The position numbers and the translations under genes were made by a program. Below the pieces are notes generated by a model that was not told the DNA's origin, made no database searches, and saw nothing but the letters and a program-made list of their open reading frames with translations. Of a stretch of DNA of 64,000 bases, positions 16,543 to 26,015 are shown piece after piece. Every line of letters begins with the position of its first letter. Position 1 is the first letter of the stretch. The stretch is from Gemmatimonadota bacterium (GTDB lineage Bacteria > Gemmatimonadota > Gemmatimonadetes > Gemmatimonadales > GWC2-71-9): NCBI GenBank assembly GCA_039591075.1, contig JBDHEI010000004.1:29537-93536 (forward strand). The letters are read 5' to 3'.

Positions 16543-18463
16543 CCGCCCGGCGCATAGCGCGGAGTGGGGTCTGATCTCCAAGGTGAGTCACGAGATCCGT
16601 ACCCCACTGAACGGACTAGTCGGGCTCGTGGAGCTTCTGCTCGATACCGATCTCTCCGCAGAACAGCAGCGATCCGTCGAGCTCATCCGGGTGTCGGCCG
16701 GCTCATTGCTCACACTGGTCAACGACATCCTGGACTTCACCAAACTCGAACGCGATCGGATCGAGCTGGAGGACGTCGCCTTCGACCTCGGTCAGCTCGT
16801 CGATTCCGCAGTCCAGTTGCTTCGGGTACGGGCATTCGAGCGGGGGATCGCGCTGAGTTACGAGATCGCCCCGGAGGTTCCCCGTGCCGTCCGCGGCGAC
16901 CCCAGCCGACTCCGTCAGATCCTCACCAACCTGATTGGCAACGCCATCAAGTTCACGAGTGAGGGCGGCGTCTTCGTGCTCGCCACGACACAACTCAGCC
17001 GCAGCGCTCGCACGGCGGTCCGCTTCGCGGTGCGTGATACCGGCATCGGTATCCCGCCTGACAAGCTGGAAGCGATCTTCGAGGAGTTCACACAGGCCCA
17101 AGTCAGTGTGTCGCGGAAGTACGGCGGAACGGGCCTCGGGCTCCCGATCGCCCGTAAGTTGGCACAGTTGATGGGCGGGGATCTCAAGGTGACGAGCGAG
17201 GCGGGGAAAGGAAGCGAGTTCGCATTCACGGTCTCGCTGAAGCAAATCGACGAGCGAATGCTGGAGGTGGTGTCGCCGGCCACAGTCCCACTGGACCGAC
17301 TCCGCGTACTCGTGGTGGACGGGAACCCGTCGAGCCGTGAGTTCATTCGGCAGACCCTCGGTGAGGCCGGGGTCACGGTGCGCGTGGCCCCGAGCTTGGA
17401 GGAGGGCTACACGGAACTGCATCGGGCCAGGATCGCCGGTGAGCCCATGCATTTCGCCATTCTCGACGCATGGCTGGACCGACAAGACGGCTTCGAGGTG
17501 ACCCGCCGCATCCGGAATGACCCCGACCTGTCCGAGACCCGCGTCATGATTCTCGCGGCCCGAGGCGAGCGCGGCCATGGTCAGCGTTGTCGGGAGGTGG
17601 GTGCTCAGGCCTACTTCACCAAACCGATATCCGAGAAGGAGCTGTTTGGCGCGATTCGTACGGTGATGGCGGCGAGCCTCGAGGATCTGGTCACGCGCCA
17701 CTCGATTGCCGAGAGCCGACGCCGCTTGCGCGTGCTGGTGGCAGACGACAATGAGGTGAATCGCCAGCTCGCGTCGATCGCCCTGACGAAGCGCGGTCAC
17801 CAGGTGGACCTGGTGGAGCACGGGGGACGGGCCGTCGAGGCGGCTGGGCGGAACCGGTATGACGCGATCCTCATGGATGTCGAGATGCCGGAAGTCGACG
17901 GGATCACCGCCACGGCCCAGCTCCGGAAGATCGAGTCGACGGTCGATACACCGATCATCGCGATGACCGCGCACACCGAGTTCCGCGGGTCCGACGCCTT
18001 TTACGGAAGTGGGTTCACGGCCTTTCTATCCAAGCCGTTTCGGCCCCAGGATCTGGTGCGCGTCGTGGAGGAACTGGGAACGGAGCGAGAGGCGGTGACG
18101 ACGGCATCGGCAGACCAGACCGCACCCGTCGAGCTACACGAGTTCCGACGGGTGATGCGCGAGGCTGGCATCGAGGACACGGCCGACAGCATCCTCGGTG
18201 TGTTCCTCGCCGATGCACCGGGACGGATGCGCGAGCTCGAAGAGGCCGTCGGGACCGGAAATGCGGTGGCGATCCGGGCGGCGGCGCACGCTTATCGATC
18301 GGCGGCCGCGACGGTGCGAGCCGAGAGCCTTGCCGCGTTATTGAGTCACGTGGAATCGGCTGCGACGACCGCGAACCTGGATCACGTGAACGAGGTGCTG
18401 CCCCAGTTGCGCGGGGAGCACGAGGCGGTGATCGCCTACCTCCGGGACGTGGATACCCGGTAA
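16532..18463 (+). CDS. Hybrid histidine kinase without a sensor domain (HisKA-HATPase-REC-REC-HPt)
   Basis: The ATG overlaps the GT2 3' end by 11 nt. The H-box [10 protein letters not shown] lies only ~20 aa from the start. Also GNAIKFT, DTGIGI and YGGTGLGL; REC Asp contexts FAILDAW and [13 protein letters not shown]; HPt [13 protein letters not shown]. Confidence 0.9.
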   Translation: MMADRPAHSAEWGLISKVSHEIRTPLNGLVGLVELLLDTDLSAEQQRSVELIRVSAGSLLTLVNDILDFTKLERDRIELEDVAFDLGQLVDSAVQLLRVRAFERGIALSYEIAPEVPRAVRGDPSRLRQILTNLIGNAIKFTSEGGVFVLATTQLSRSARTAVRFAVRDTGIGIPPDKLEAIFEEFTQAQVSVSRKYGGTGLGLPIARKLAQLMGGDLKVTSEAGKGSEFAFTVSLKQIDERMLEVVSPATVPLDRLRVLVVDGNPSSREFIRQTLGEAGVTVRVAPSLEEGYTELHRARIAGEPMHFAILDAWLDRQDGFEVTRRIRNDPDLSETRVMILAARGERGHGQRCREVGAQAYFTKPISEKELFGAIRTVMAASLEDLVTRHSIAESRRRLRVLVADDNEVNRQLASIALTKRGHQVDLVEHGGRAVEAAGRNRYDAILMDVEMPEVDGITATAQLRKIESTVDTPIIAMTAHTEFRGSDAFYGSGFTAFLSKPFRPQDLVRVVEELGTEREAVTTASADQTAPVELHEFRRVMREAGIEDTADSILGVFLADAPGRMRELEEAVGTGNAVAIRAAAHAYRSAAATVRAESLAALLSHVESAATTANLDHVNEVLPQLRGEHEAVIAYLRDVDTR

Positions 18464-18494
18464 CGTCCCATCACGGGTCGTGCGAGAACCGCGG

Positions 18495-19145
18495 TCACGC
18501 CGCCGGCGTCATCCGTTCTAGGAGCGCGCGCGTCGCCTTGATCTCATCACGGTTGACGGTGTGGGCCATACCGGGATAGATCCGCACGTCGACGGTTCCG
18601 CCGAGCGCCTGGAGAGTGGATGCGCTTTCCGTGACCCGCTCGACCGGAATGTGCGGGTCCACGACGCTGCAGCCGAGCAAGACCGGCGTGTCGGCCAGGG
18701 ACCCCGCGTACAAGCGTGGCGTGCCCGGTGGACCGATGAGACCACCGCTCAGTCCCACCACCGCGCCGTATCGCCGCGCGTTGCGCGCCGCGAACTCCAG
18801 CACGAGACGCGCGCCCTGTGAGAAACCGAGGAGCACCACGCCTTCAGCCGAGATGCCGGATCGATCCACGCGATCGAGCATCGCGCCCACGGTGCCAAGG
18901 GCGAACGACAGATCGGGCTCGTTGTCGTCGAAGGGCGCCAGAAAACTGAACGGGTACCAGGAACCGCGTGGCGCCTGGGGCGCGAGAAACGCGATGCCGG
19001 GAACCGCGATGTCCCGGGCCAGGTGCAACATGTCGGCGGCCGAACCGCCCCGGCCATGCGCAAGGATCACCGTCGCACCGGCCGCGTCCAGGGGCGTGCC
19101 GAACACGCCAACGTGAACCTGACCGAGGCCTGCCGGGTCACGCAC
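18495..19145 (-). CDS. Alpha/beta hydrolase (phospholipase/carboxylesterase, dienelactone-hydrolase-like)
   Basis: Nucleophile elbow LLGFSQGA, plus ILAHGRGGSA and a C-terminal GMAHTV His motif. 216 aa. Confidence 0.8.
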   Translation of the reverse strand: MRDPAGLGQVHVGVFGTPLDAAGATVILAHGRGGSAADMLHLARDIAVPGIAFLAPQAPRGSWYPFSFLAPFDDNEPDLSFALGTVGAMLDRVDRSGISAEGVVLLGFSQGARLVLEFAARNARRYGAVVGLSGGLIGPPGTPRLYAGSLADTPVLLGCSVVDPHIPVERVTESASTLQALGGTVDVRIYPGMAHTVNRDEIKATRALLERMTPAA

Positions 19146-19196
19146 GTACCTTCCTCCTCCGCGAGCATGCTGCTTGGGGTCGCTGCAGCACGCGAG

Positions 19197-20786
19197 CTAG
19201 AAGGCCCAGCTACCGGACACCGTGACGGCCACGTAGCGGTAGCCGGCTCCGCCGGTGGAAAAGCTCTGGAGGCCCGCGTTGGAGTAGAGTGCGGAGATGC
19301 CGACCTGCCGGCCGGGGGAGAGGTCGTACGCGGTCTGTAGTGACAGCCGGATCGTGGCGTGTGGATCCCACGTCGATGTGATCTGCTCGAGCCCCGGTGC
19401 CGCTTCCCCCGTGACGTGCCATGGTCCGCGCAGCGGCCGCCAGCGGGCGATCGCCTCGGCATGCAGGTACGAGTTGGGATCGAAGTACCCATCCTGGAGA
19501 TTCTTTTCAAAACCAAAGGCGCGGACCCGCGCCGCCGCGATCCAGGAAGGTGTAAGACGACGAGTGCCGGCGACGTAGCCCGCGAGTCTCCTGTTGGCCT
19601 CGCTGCCTCGGAAGTCCGCGTACGAGAACCCGCCCTCCAACTGCCACAGACGCCAGGGTTCCGCGCGTAAGCTCGCGGCGCCTTGGGTGTACGTCACTCC
19701 ACTGTCGATCATGAGCGCCGTGGCGTCGAACGCCGAGTGGCTGAACGTGAGGGAGCCGCCAATCGGGTTTCGCGCAGGGCTCGCGATGCTTGCGTGCACC
19801 GCCGGTTCGGTCACCGCGGCCGCGCCGTTCGATCCGGAAGCACCGACGCCGAGCCCGACGGTCCAGCCAGGCTCGGCGAGATACCGCCCCGTCGCCACGA
19901 GCCCCCACGCCTGGCGGTCCACGGTGGGCTCGTTCCAGGCCGCGTGCCGGTAGTAGCTGTCGAACCCCATCTGGAATCGTGGCACGACGGGATACGTGCC
20001 GCGGAGGACGACGGTCGCGATGCGTTGTTCGTCTGAGTCGGCCTCGTAGGTGAACGCCGGGCGAACCCAGGGTCCGATCGCCGCGGCGATCGAGCGACGC
20101 TCCTCGCCGTAGTCGCGCGTCCCGCGTCTGTCGGGCGGAATGCGCTGCAAGGTCTCGAGCGCCGCGGCGGGTCGCCCCTGCCAGCGAAGCGTTTGCGACA
20201 GCCCGATGAGGGTGGTGGGATCCCCCTCAGCCATGGCATCCACCGCGCGCCATCGTTCCTCGGCCCCGAGGAGATCACCCTGCCAGGCGGTGATGCGGGC
20301 TATTCCCTGGAGAGCCTCGATGTCGGCGGCGTTGGAGGCGATGAGGTCCGCGTAGATGGCGCGGGCCGAATCGAGATCGTCGAGCCACGCCGTCGTCTGC
20401 GCGAGCCCGAGCCGCACCGAGCGGTTGCCCGGCGACCGACGCAGCATCGCCTCGTAGGAGGCCACGGACTCACGGAGCCGTCCTGCCCAGGCCAGGACCC
20501 TGGCGCGGTCGATCTGGGCTTCGATGTGTTGCGGGTTGAGCGCAAGGATGCGGTCGAACAGGGCCAGGCTCGCGGCGTAGTCACCGTCCCACGCTACCAT
20601 CAGCGCCATCCGATGGAGCGCCAGCGCGTCGGTGGAATCGGTGGCGAGCCGTTCGGCGTAGAGTTGCCGAGCCGTATCGATGTCGCCGCTGGTCCAGGCC
20701 ACGTCGGCGGGGTGCTGCGCCCACCCGGTGGTCGTGACCGAGGCAAGCAGGATTGCAGCCAAGGACGCGAGCCGGAGCAGTCTCAT
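19197..20786 (-). CDS. TPR-repeat plus C-terminal beta-barrel outer-membrane protein (PgaA/BcsC/PelB-like export porin)
   Basis: The ATG at 20786 overlaps the upstream stop (ATGA). Signal MRLLRLASLAAILLASVTTTGWAQ. About 270 aa of TPR with a recurring AW.G motif, then alternating beta-strand sequence ending YVAVTVSGSWAF (terminal Phe). Confidence 0.75.
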   Translation of the reverse strand: MRLLRLASLAAILLASVTTTGWAQHPADVAWTSGDIDTARQLYAERLATDSTDALALHRMALMVAWDGDYAASLALFDRILALNPQHIEAQIDRARVLAWAGRLRESVASYEAMLRRSPGNRSVRLGLAQTTAWLDDLDSARAIYADLIASNAADIEALQGIARITAWQGDLLGAEERWRAVDAMAEGDPTTLIGLSQTLRWQGRPAAALETLQRIPPDRRGTRDYGEERRSIAAAIGPWVRPAFTYEADSDEQRIATVVLRGTYPVVPRFQMGFDSYYRHAAWNEPTVDRQAWGLVATGRYLAEPGWTVGLGVGASGSNGAAAVTEPAVHASIASPARNPIGGSLTFSHSAFDATALMIDSGVTYTQGAASLRAEPWRLWQLEGGFSYADFRGSEANRRLAGYVAGTRRLTPSWIAAARVRAFGFEKNLQDGYFDPNSYLHAEAIARWRPLRGPWHVTGEAAPGLEQITSTWDPHATIRLSLQTAYDLSPGRQVGISALYSNAGLQSFSTGGAGYRYVAVTVSGSWAF

Positions 20787-23362
20787 CGTCCCGCCACGCG
20801 CTCGTCGAGTCGGGAGAACACTCGCTGCATCGCATCGAACACGGGCCGGCGTCGCGCCCGCCAGCGCGGCTCGTCCCACGGCTCCCAGCGGAACTGGGCA
20901 ACCGGTGCGCGGCCGACGGGCCACTGCTGCCACGACCCGTCGGCGAAGCGGGCGGCGGCGACCATCCCGATCGACTCTATCTGTCGCGGGACGAACCCGT
21001 CGGCCGTGTCCGCAGTGCTCGAGAGCACCTGCAAGCTGCTTGGATCGACGACGTTGATGAGTGTCCATGGAATCCGGATCTCCATGATCCCCGATGCGGA
21101 ATCTACCTCCCAGAAGCCGTCAGGCGCCGCCCCGGCCGGCAAGACACTCCGGTCGTAGCCCACGGCGGCGTATTCGGTCCGGTCGCGAGCGAACCGACGC
21201 CGGTTGATGATGACCCGCAGCGAATCGTACCGCGTGTCGTCACGGCGCTTGGTCCGGAGCGGCAGGTTGTAGTGCTGCAGGTACGGCCCGACGAACATTC
21301 CCGGCGGCGGGCTCGTGACCGGCGGCACGGTCACCGGCTCCTTGAGCACCGGTACCCGCTCGATCTGGAACGGGTTGGCGTTGGGGTCGGCGAGCACCCG
21401 TACCTCGTTCGGCGTCGCCACGATGGCGAACTCCACACCGATGGGCAAGCGTACGTCGGCCTTTCCGGGCCAACGAGTGGTTCCGGCCTTGCGGTCGACG
21501 ACATCCAGTCCCACGAGGAGCGTGTCCGGCAGCCCGCGCCCGCCCGGATCGAAGCAAAGGTGGAGATACGTCTCGTCGGCGAGGGCGCGAAGCGCCTCCC
21601 CGTACAGGCCCGGCACAGTCTGCCACCGGGGGAGTCGGTCGGCGAGCGTCGATCCATCCAGGCGCGGCACGGGCTCGATGGCGATCACGCCGTACTGCTG
21701 CTCCGCGTTCAGGCGGCTCAGCCAGAAGCGGGCGCGGTCGCGCGGCAACTCGAGATCGATCACCACCCAGTTCTTCTTGAACCACTCGTCGATCCACGCG
21801 AAGAGCATACCACCAGCCATACCCACCTCGTGGATCAGAGCGGTTGACTCCGCGTCGATCCGCGCCTTCTCGGCCTCGGTATGGCCGCCGTGGTGCCAAC
21901 CGGTGTCGGAGAGGTGGGCCAAGCCCAAGCTCGCAGGGACGCCGTACTCGGCGATCACGACCGGCATGTCCCGGTGGTGCTGCTTCAGTCGTCTGAGGTA
22001 CCGGGCGTATCCGCCGCCCACCACGATGAAGTCGGGGTAGTAGGGATAGGCGTGATAGGACGCGAACACGCCGGCGCGGAACGCCTCGGTCGCCCGCATG
22101 AGGTTCGGGTCGATGGCGACGAGGTCATTGTCGTACTCCTGAGGTACGTACGTGGTGTCCCCGCCAAGCGATTTGCGAATCGCGAGCTCTTCGGCGACGG
22201 TGGTCTCGGTTGGGTGGGTCAACGGGTCGAGTGTGGGCCAGCTCGTGTAGGCCACCGGTCGCTGGTGCCGGTACGTCTCGCTCTCGTAAGCAATGATCCG
22301 CTCGGAGATCTGCGTGAGCCACACGTCCATGGCCGTCCCGCCCTCGATCGCGAGGTACGCGCCGTGCCACGAGGAGCGGTTCGGATGGTTGAGATTGAAG
22401 GTGTCGACCGCGAACGGCTCCCACTCCCGGCCTAGGATGTAGGCCAGTGTCCATCGGGATACGTCGGCGGTATAGAATCCAGACGTGTGTCCGGGTCGGG
22501 GAGCGATGTCCGCACGGCCATGGATCAGATCCACAACGTACTGCATCTCGTCCGAGAACTGCTCGTTCCAGGCCGGGTCGTCAAAATCGTGATCCGGGGG
22601 TAACTCCGCCCACACGCCGTGCACCAACCACAGTGGTCGGTCGGTATGCGTCCGGTTGTGCTCCGCGAGCGCCTCATAGAAGTGCGGTGGGTGAATCGTA
22701 TAGACCCGAATCGTGTTGGCTCCCATCTCGGCGATCTCGGCGATCCAGCCCGCGTAGGTCAGCGAATCCGGAAACTGGCTCGGGAATCGGCCCGGCAGCG
22801 CGGCGCCAAGGTTCACGCCCTTGATGTAGAACGGTCGCCATCGGCCGCGGGCGGCCACCTCAAACCTGTCCCCGCAAGTCCGTGACGCCAGCACGAGGGT
22901 GTTGGGTACCTCGAGCGGGGCCCGGACGGGTGGTGTGCCCAGTCGATCGAGTTGCTCGCGCGCTTCGGCGTGATCGGGTGCGAGGGCGAGCACCTGGGTG
23001 AAGAGCCGGCGGGCCTCCCGCCCGTTTCCTCTCCGGGAGGCGACCAGCCCGATCCCTTGGAGCGCGTCTACGGTCTGTGGCGCGTGTTGCAGCGCGCGTT
23101 CGAACTGCCGGCGGGCCTCGACGAGCCGATTCCCTCGCAGATACCCGTATCCGGCACCGACGGTAGCACCGAGGTGCGCGGGGCAGCGCCGTAAAGCCTC
23201 TTCGAAGACTTCCGTGGCGTCGTCAATACGGTCGTTACGGTACAGCTTCCAGCCACGCGCGACCCTGGTGTCCGCTGCCAGCGGACAGGGTGTGTCGTCC
23301 TGAGAGGAGCAGGCAGCGGCAACGAGGAACACGGCGAAGGCCGTGGAGCGTAGGGCATTCAT
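20783..23362 (-). CDS. Lipoprotein with N-terminal TPR domain and a large TIM-barrel glycoside-hydrolase-like domain
   Basis: Signal/lipobox MNALRSTAFAVFLVAAACSS; an alternative ATG lies at 23380. TPR block in residues ~30-190. GH-A-clan-like strands FYIKGVNLG, GANTIRVYTIHPP, WLVHGVW, VVIAEYGVPAS and FAWIDEWFKKNW. The GH family is not assigned. Confidence 0.7.
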   Translation of the reverse strand: MNALRSTAFAVFLVAAACSSQDDTPCPLAADTRVARGWKLYRNDRIDDATEVFEEALRRCPAHLGATVGAGYGYLRGNRLVEARRQFERALQHAPQTVDALQGIGLVASRRGNGREARRLFTQVLALAPDHAEAREQLDRLGTPPVRAPLEVPNTLVLASRTCGDRFEVAARGRWRPFYIKGVNLGAALPGRFPSQFPDSLTYAGWIAEIAEMGANTIRVYTIHPPHFYEALAEHNRTHTDRPLWLVHGVWAELPPDHDFDDPAWNEQFSDEMQYVVDLIHGRADIAPRPGHTSGFYTADVSRWTLAYILGREWEPFAVDTFNLNHPNRSSWHGAYLAIEGGTAMDVWLTQISERIIAYESETYRHQRPVAYTSWPTLDPLTHPTETTVAEELAIRKSLGGDTTYVPQEYDNDLVAIDPNLMRATEAFRAGVFASYHAYPYYPDFIVVGGGYARYLRRLKQHHRDMPVVIAEYGVPASLGLAHLSDTGWHHGGHTEAEKARIDAESTALIHEVGMAGGMLFAWIDEWFKKNWVVIDLELPRDRARFWLSRLNAEQQYGVIAIEPVPRLDGSTLADRLPRWQTVPGLYGEALRALADETYLHLCFDPGGRGLPDTLLVGLDVVDRKAGTTRWPGKADVRLPIGVEFAIVATPNEVRVLADPNANPFQIERVPVLKEPVTVPPVTSPPPGMFVGPYLQHYNLPLRTKRRDDTRYDSLRVIINRRRFARDRTEYAAVGYDRSVLPAGAAPDGFWEVDSASGIMEIRIPWTLINVVDPSSLQVLSSTADTADGFVPRQIESIGMVAAARFADGSWQQWPVGRAPVAQFRWEPWDEPRWRARRRPVFDAMQRVFSRLDERVAGR

Positions 23363-23504
23363 CGGGAAGTGCCGAAGCATAGACGTGGGTCCGGTGCTGG
23401 GCAATCACCGGCTTGCCCTCCGCCGAGTCTGGCCGTTAGCGTATGGGTTGACGGACGACGCGAGCGCTTGCGCCGCCGCCTTCCCCCCGAGCGCGGAGCA
23501 CTTG

Positions 23505-24608
23505 GTGAATGAACTATCTATCGCCACGCAGCGGATTCGTCGCGGTATCGCGGATTCGCGGAGGTGCATCCGGACACTTGCCGTGGCACTCCTCGTTCCG
23601 GGAGTGGCCATGTGTCAGAGTTCGAGCATGACCGACCGTGGCCTGACCGCAGTCGACGGCGTTCTGGTGGGTCACGTGACCCTGACCGAGCGCCCCACGG
23701 GTTGTACGGTCGTCCTGCTTCCACCGGGCACCGTGGGAGGAGTGGATGTCCGGGGCGGTGCGCCCGGGACGCGCGAGACCGATCTCCTCGATCCGGTCAA
23801 TACCGTCGATGTGGTCCACGCGGTCGTCCTTTCGGGTGGGAGCGCCTTCGGACTCGACGCCGCCTCGGGTGTGGTCCGGTATCTGGAGGAGCAGGGCATA
23901 GGATTCGAGACAGCGGTTGCGCGTGTGCCCATTGTGGTCCAAGCCATCCTCTACGACCTGGCCGTGGGCGACGATCCCGCGGTGCGTCCGGATGCCGAGT
24001 GCGGATACCGTGGGGCGAGTGCGGCAACCGGCGCACCAGTCGGTGAGGGGAGCGTGGGCGCTGGAGCCGGAGCGACCGTCGGTAAGATCCGGGGCCTCGG
24101 CCGCGCTATGCGAGGTGGAGTCGGTTCGGCGTCCGTCACGCTTTCCAACGGACTCACGGTGAGTGCGATCGTCGCGGTCAACGCGCTGGGTGACGTGATC
24201 GACCCAGCTACCGGTCGCGTCGTGGCGGGGGTGCGGGCCGAAAATGGATCGACGCTTGCCGACGCCCGGCGCCTGCTGCGTGAGACTGGCCAGGCACTGC
24301 CGGGGCCGGGCCAGAATACGACCATTGGTGTCGTGGCGACCAACGCGCGACTCACCAAGGCCCAAGCGACCAAGGTGGCGCAGATGGCGCACGACGGCAT
24401 CGCGCGAACGATCTATCCGGCACACACCCCGTGGGACGGCGACGCCATCTTCGGTCTCGCCACCGGCAGCTTGGGCGGCGAGGCGGACGTTGCGACGATC
24501 GGGACGCTGGCCGCCGACGTCGTGGCGGAGGCGATCCTGCGCGCCGTTCGGGCCGCCGACGGCCTACCCGGGATTCCGGCCGTTTCCGACCTGCGCGGAG
24601 GCCGATGA
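23505..24608 (+). CDS. Peptidase family S58 (DmpA/BapA-like aminopeptidase, P1 family)
   Basis: Motifs GLTAVDGVLVGHVTL, TGCTVVL, VDVRGGAPGTRETDLL and VVLSGGSAFGLDAASGV. The start is uncertain: a GTG at 23505 gives a signal-like N-terminus, and ATGs at 23610 and 23628 are also possible. Confidence 0.8.
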   Translation: MNELSIATQRIRRGIADSRRCIRTLAVALLVPGVAMCQSSSMTDRGLTAVDGVLVGHVTLTERPTGCTVVLLPPGTVGGVDVRGGAPGTRETDLLDPVNTVDVVHAVVLSGGSAFGLDAASGVVRYLEEQGIGFETAVARVPIVVQAILYDLAVGDDPAVRPDAECGYRGASAATGAPVGEGSVGAGAGATVGKIRGLGRAMRGGVGSASVTLSNGLTVSAIVAVNALGDVIDPATGRVVAGVRAENGSTLADARRLLRETGQALPGPGQNTTIGVVATNARLTKAQATKVAQMAHDGIARTIYPAHTPWDGDAIFGLATGSLGGEADVATIGTLAADVVAEAILRAVRAADGLPGIPAVSDLRGGR

Positions 24609-25996
24609 GCGTTCAGCTCGTCCTGCTTCTCTCCTATGCCGCGGCGCTGACGCTTCTTGGACTCTGGATCGGGCGCCGAGTCTCCACGAGCAGCACGTTC
24701 TTCGTCGCCGGTCGACGGCTACCACCGGTGCTGCTCTTCGCCACCGTGCTCGCCGCCAACATCGGCGCAGGGTCCACGGTGGGTGCCGCGGGCTTGGGGT
24801 ATCGCCATGGGCTGAGTGCGTGGTGGTGGGTCGGCTCCGCCGGTATCGGCACCATGCTGCTGGCGTTCTGGGTCGGGCCGCGACTGTGGAGGATCGCCCG
24901 CGCGCAGGGCCAGTACACGGTTGGGGACTACCTCGAGCATCGATATGGGCGGTCGGTCCGGGCGGTCATCGCGGTGCTGCTCTGGATGGGCACGCTCGCG
25001 ATTCTCGCGGGACAACTCATCGCCGTGGCGTGGGTTCTGGATGTCGTGGCCGGTATCCCCAAGCCGGTGGGGTGTGTGATCGGCGGCGGTGTCATGATCG
25101 TGTACTTCACGGCTGGCGGTCTCCTCACCTCCGCGTGGGTCAATCTCGTGGAGTTGGTGGTGTTGCTGTTGGGGTTCGCCCTGGCGCTTCCGTGGGTGCT
25201 CGCGGATGTCGGTGGGTGGGGAAGCGTGGTCGCTGCGGCACCAGCCACCGTGCACGATTACTTCGGGTTCTGGGGCGGCGACGGATCGGGGTGGACCTAC
25301 CTCGCGCTGCTCGTGCCGGCGTTCATCATTTCGCCGGGACTGATTCAAAAGGTGTACGGCGCCCGCGACGAACGGACAGTCAGAGTCGGCGTCGGCGCGA
25401 GTGCCGTGGTGCTCATGGTGTTTGCGTTCCTACCGCCCCTCCTGGGGATGATGGCCCGGGTCTATAGTCCCGATCTGGCCAATCCCGAGTTGGCGCTTCC
25501 CACCGTACTCGTGCAAGGCCTTCCGGCTGCCGTCGGCATGCTCGGGCTCGCCGCCGTGTTCTCGGCCGAAATCAGTTCCGCCGATGCGATACTGTTCATG
25601 CTCTCCACGTCGCTCTCAGAGGATCTCTACCGCCGCTTCCTCCGGCCCGACGCCTCCGATCGCCAGATCCTCCGCGTCGCACGGTTGGCGGCGGTCACCG
25701 GGGGGGGACTGGGCATCGCGCTTGCGATCGTGTTGCCCTCGGTGATCAGCTCGCTGAGCGTGTTCTATTCATTGCTGGGTGTGAGCCTGTTCGTGATCAT
25801 CGTGGCCGGGATTCATACCGCGCGACCGGGTGTCCCGGAGGCGTTGGCGGCGATCGCGGGCGGGGTGAGCGCGTCGGTGGGATTGCGCCTGGCCGGGGTA
25901 CCGACCTCGGGCCTCTGGAATGCGTATACCCTGGGGCTCGCCGCCTCCGCTGCAGTGTTCGTGGCGGTGGCATTGGCACGGCGCAGAGCTACGTAG
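24605..25996 (+). CDS. Sodium:solute symporter family (SSF) transporter
   Basis: ATGA overlap with the S58 stop. Polytopic, with FFVAGRRLP and ANIGAGSTVGAAGLGY motifs typical of SSF. The upstream part of ORF 24431 is overprint. Confidence 0.85.
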   Translation: MSVQLVLLLSYAAALTLLGLWIGRRVSTSSTFFVAGRRLPPVLLFATVLAANIGAGSTVGAAGLGYRHGLSAWWWVGSAGIGTMLLAFWVGPRLWRIARAQGQYTVGDYLEHRYGRSVRAVIAVLLWMGTLAILAGQLIAVAWVLDVVAGIPKPVGCVIGGGVMIVYFTAGGLLTSAWVNLVELVVLLLGFALALPWVLADVGGWGSVVAAAPATVHDYFGFWGGDGSGWTYLALLVPAFIISPGLIQKVYGARDERTVRVGVGASAVVLMVFAFLPPLLGMMARVYSPDLANPELALPTVLVQGLPAAVGMLGLAAVFSAEISSADAILFMLSTSLSEDLYRRFLRPDASDRQILRVARLAAVTGGGLGIALAIVLPSVISSLSVFYSLLGVSLFVIIVAGIHTARPGVPEALAAIAGGVSASVGLRLAGVPTSGLWNAYTLGLAASAAVFVAVALARRRAT

Positions 25997-26015
25997 CATA
26001 CTCCGGCAGTCGTGG

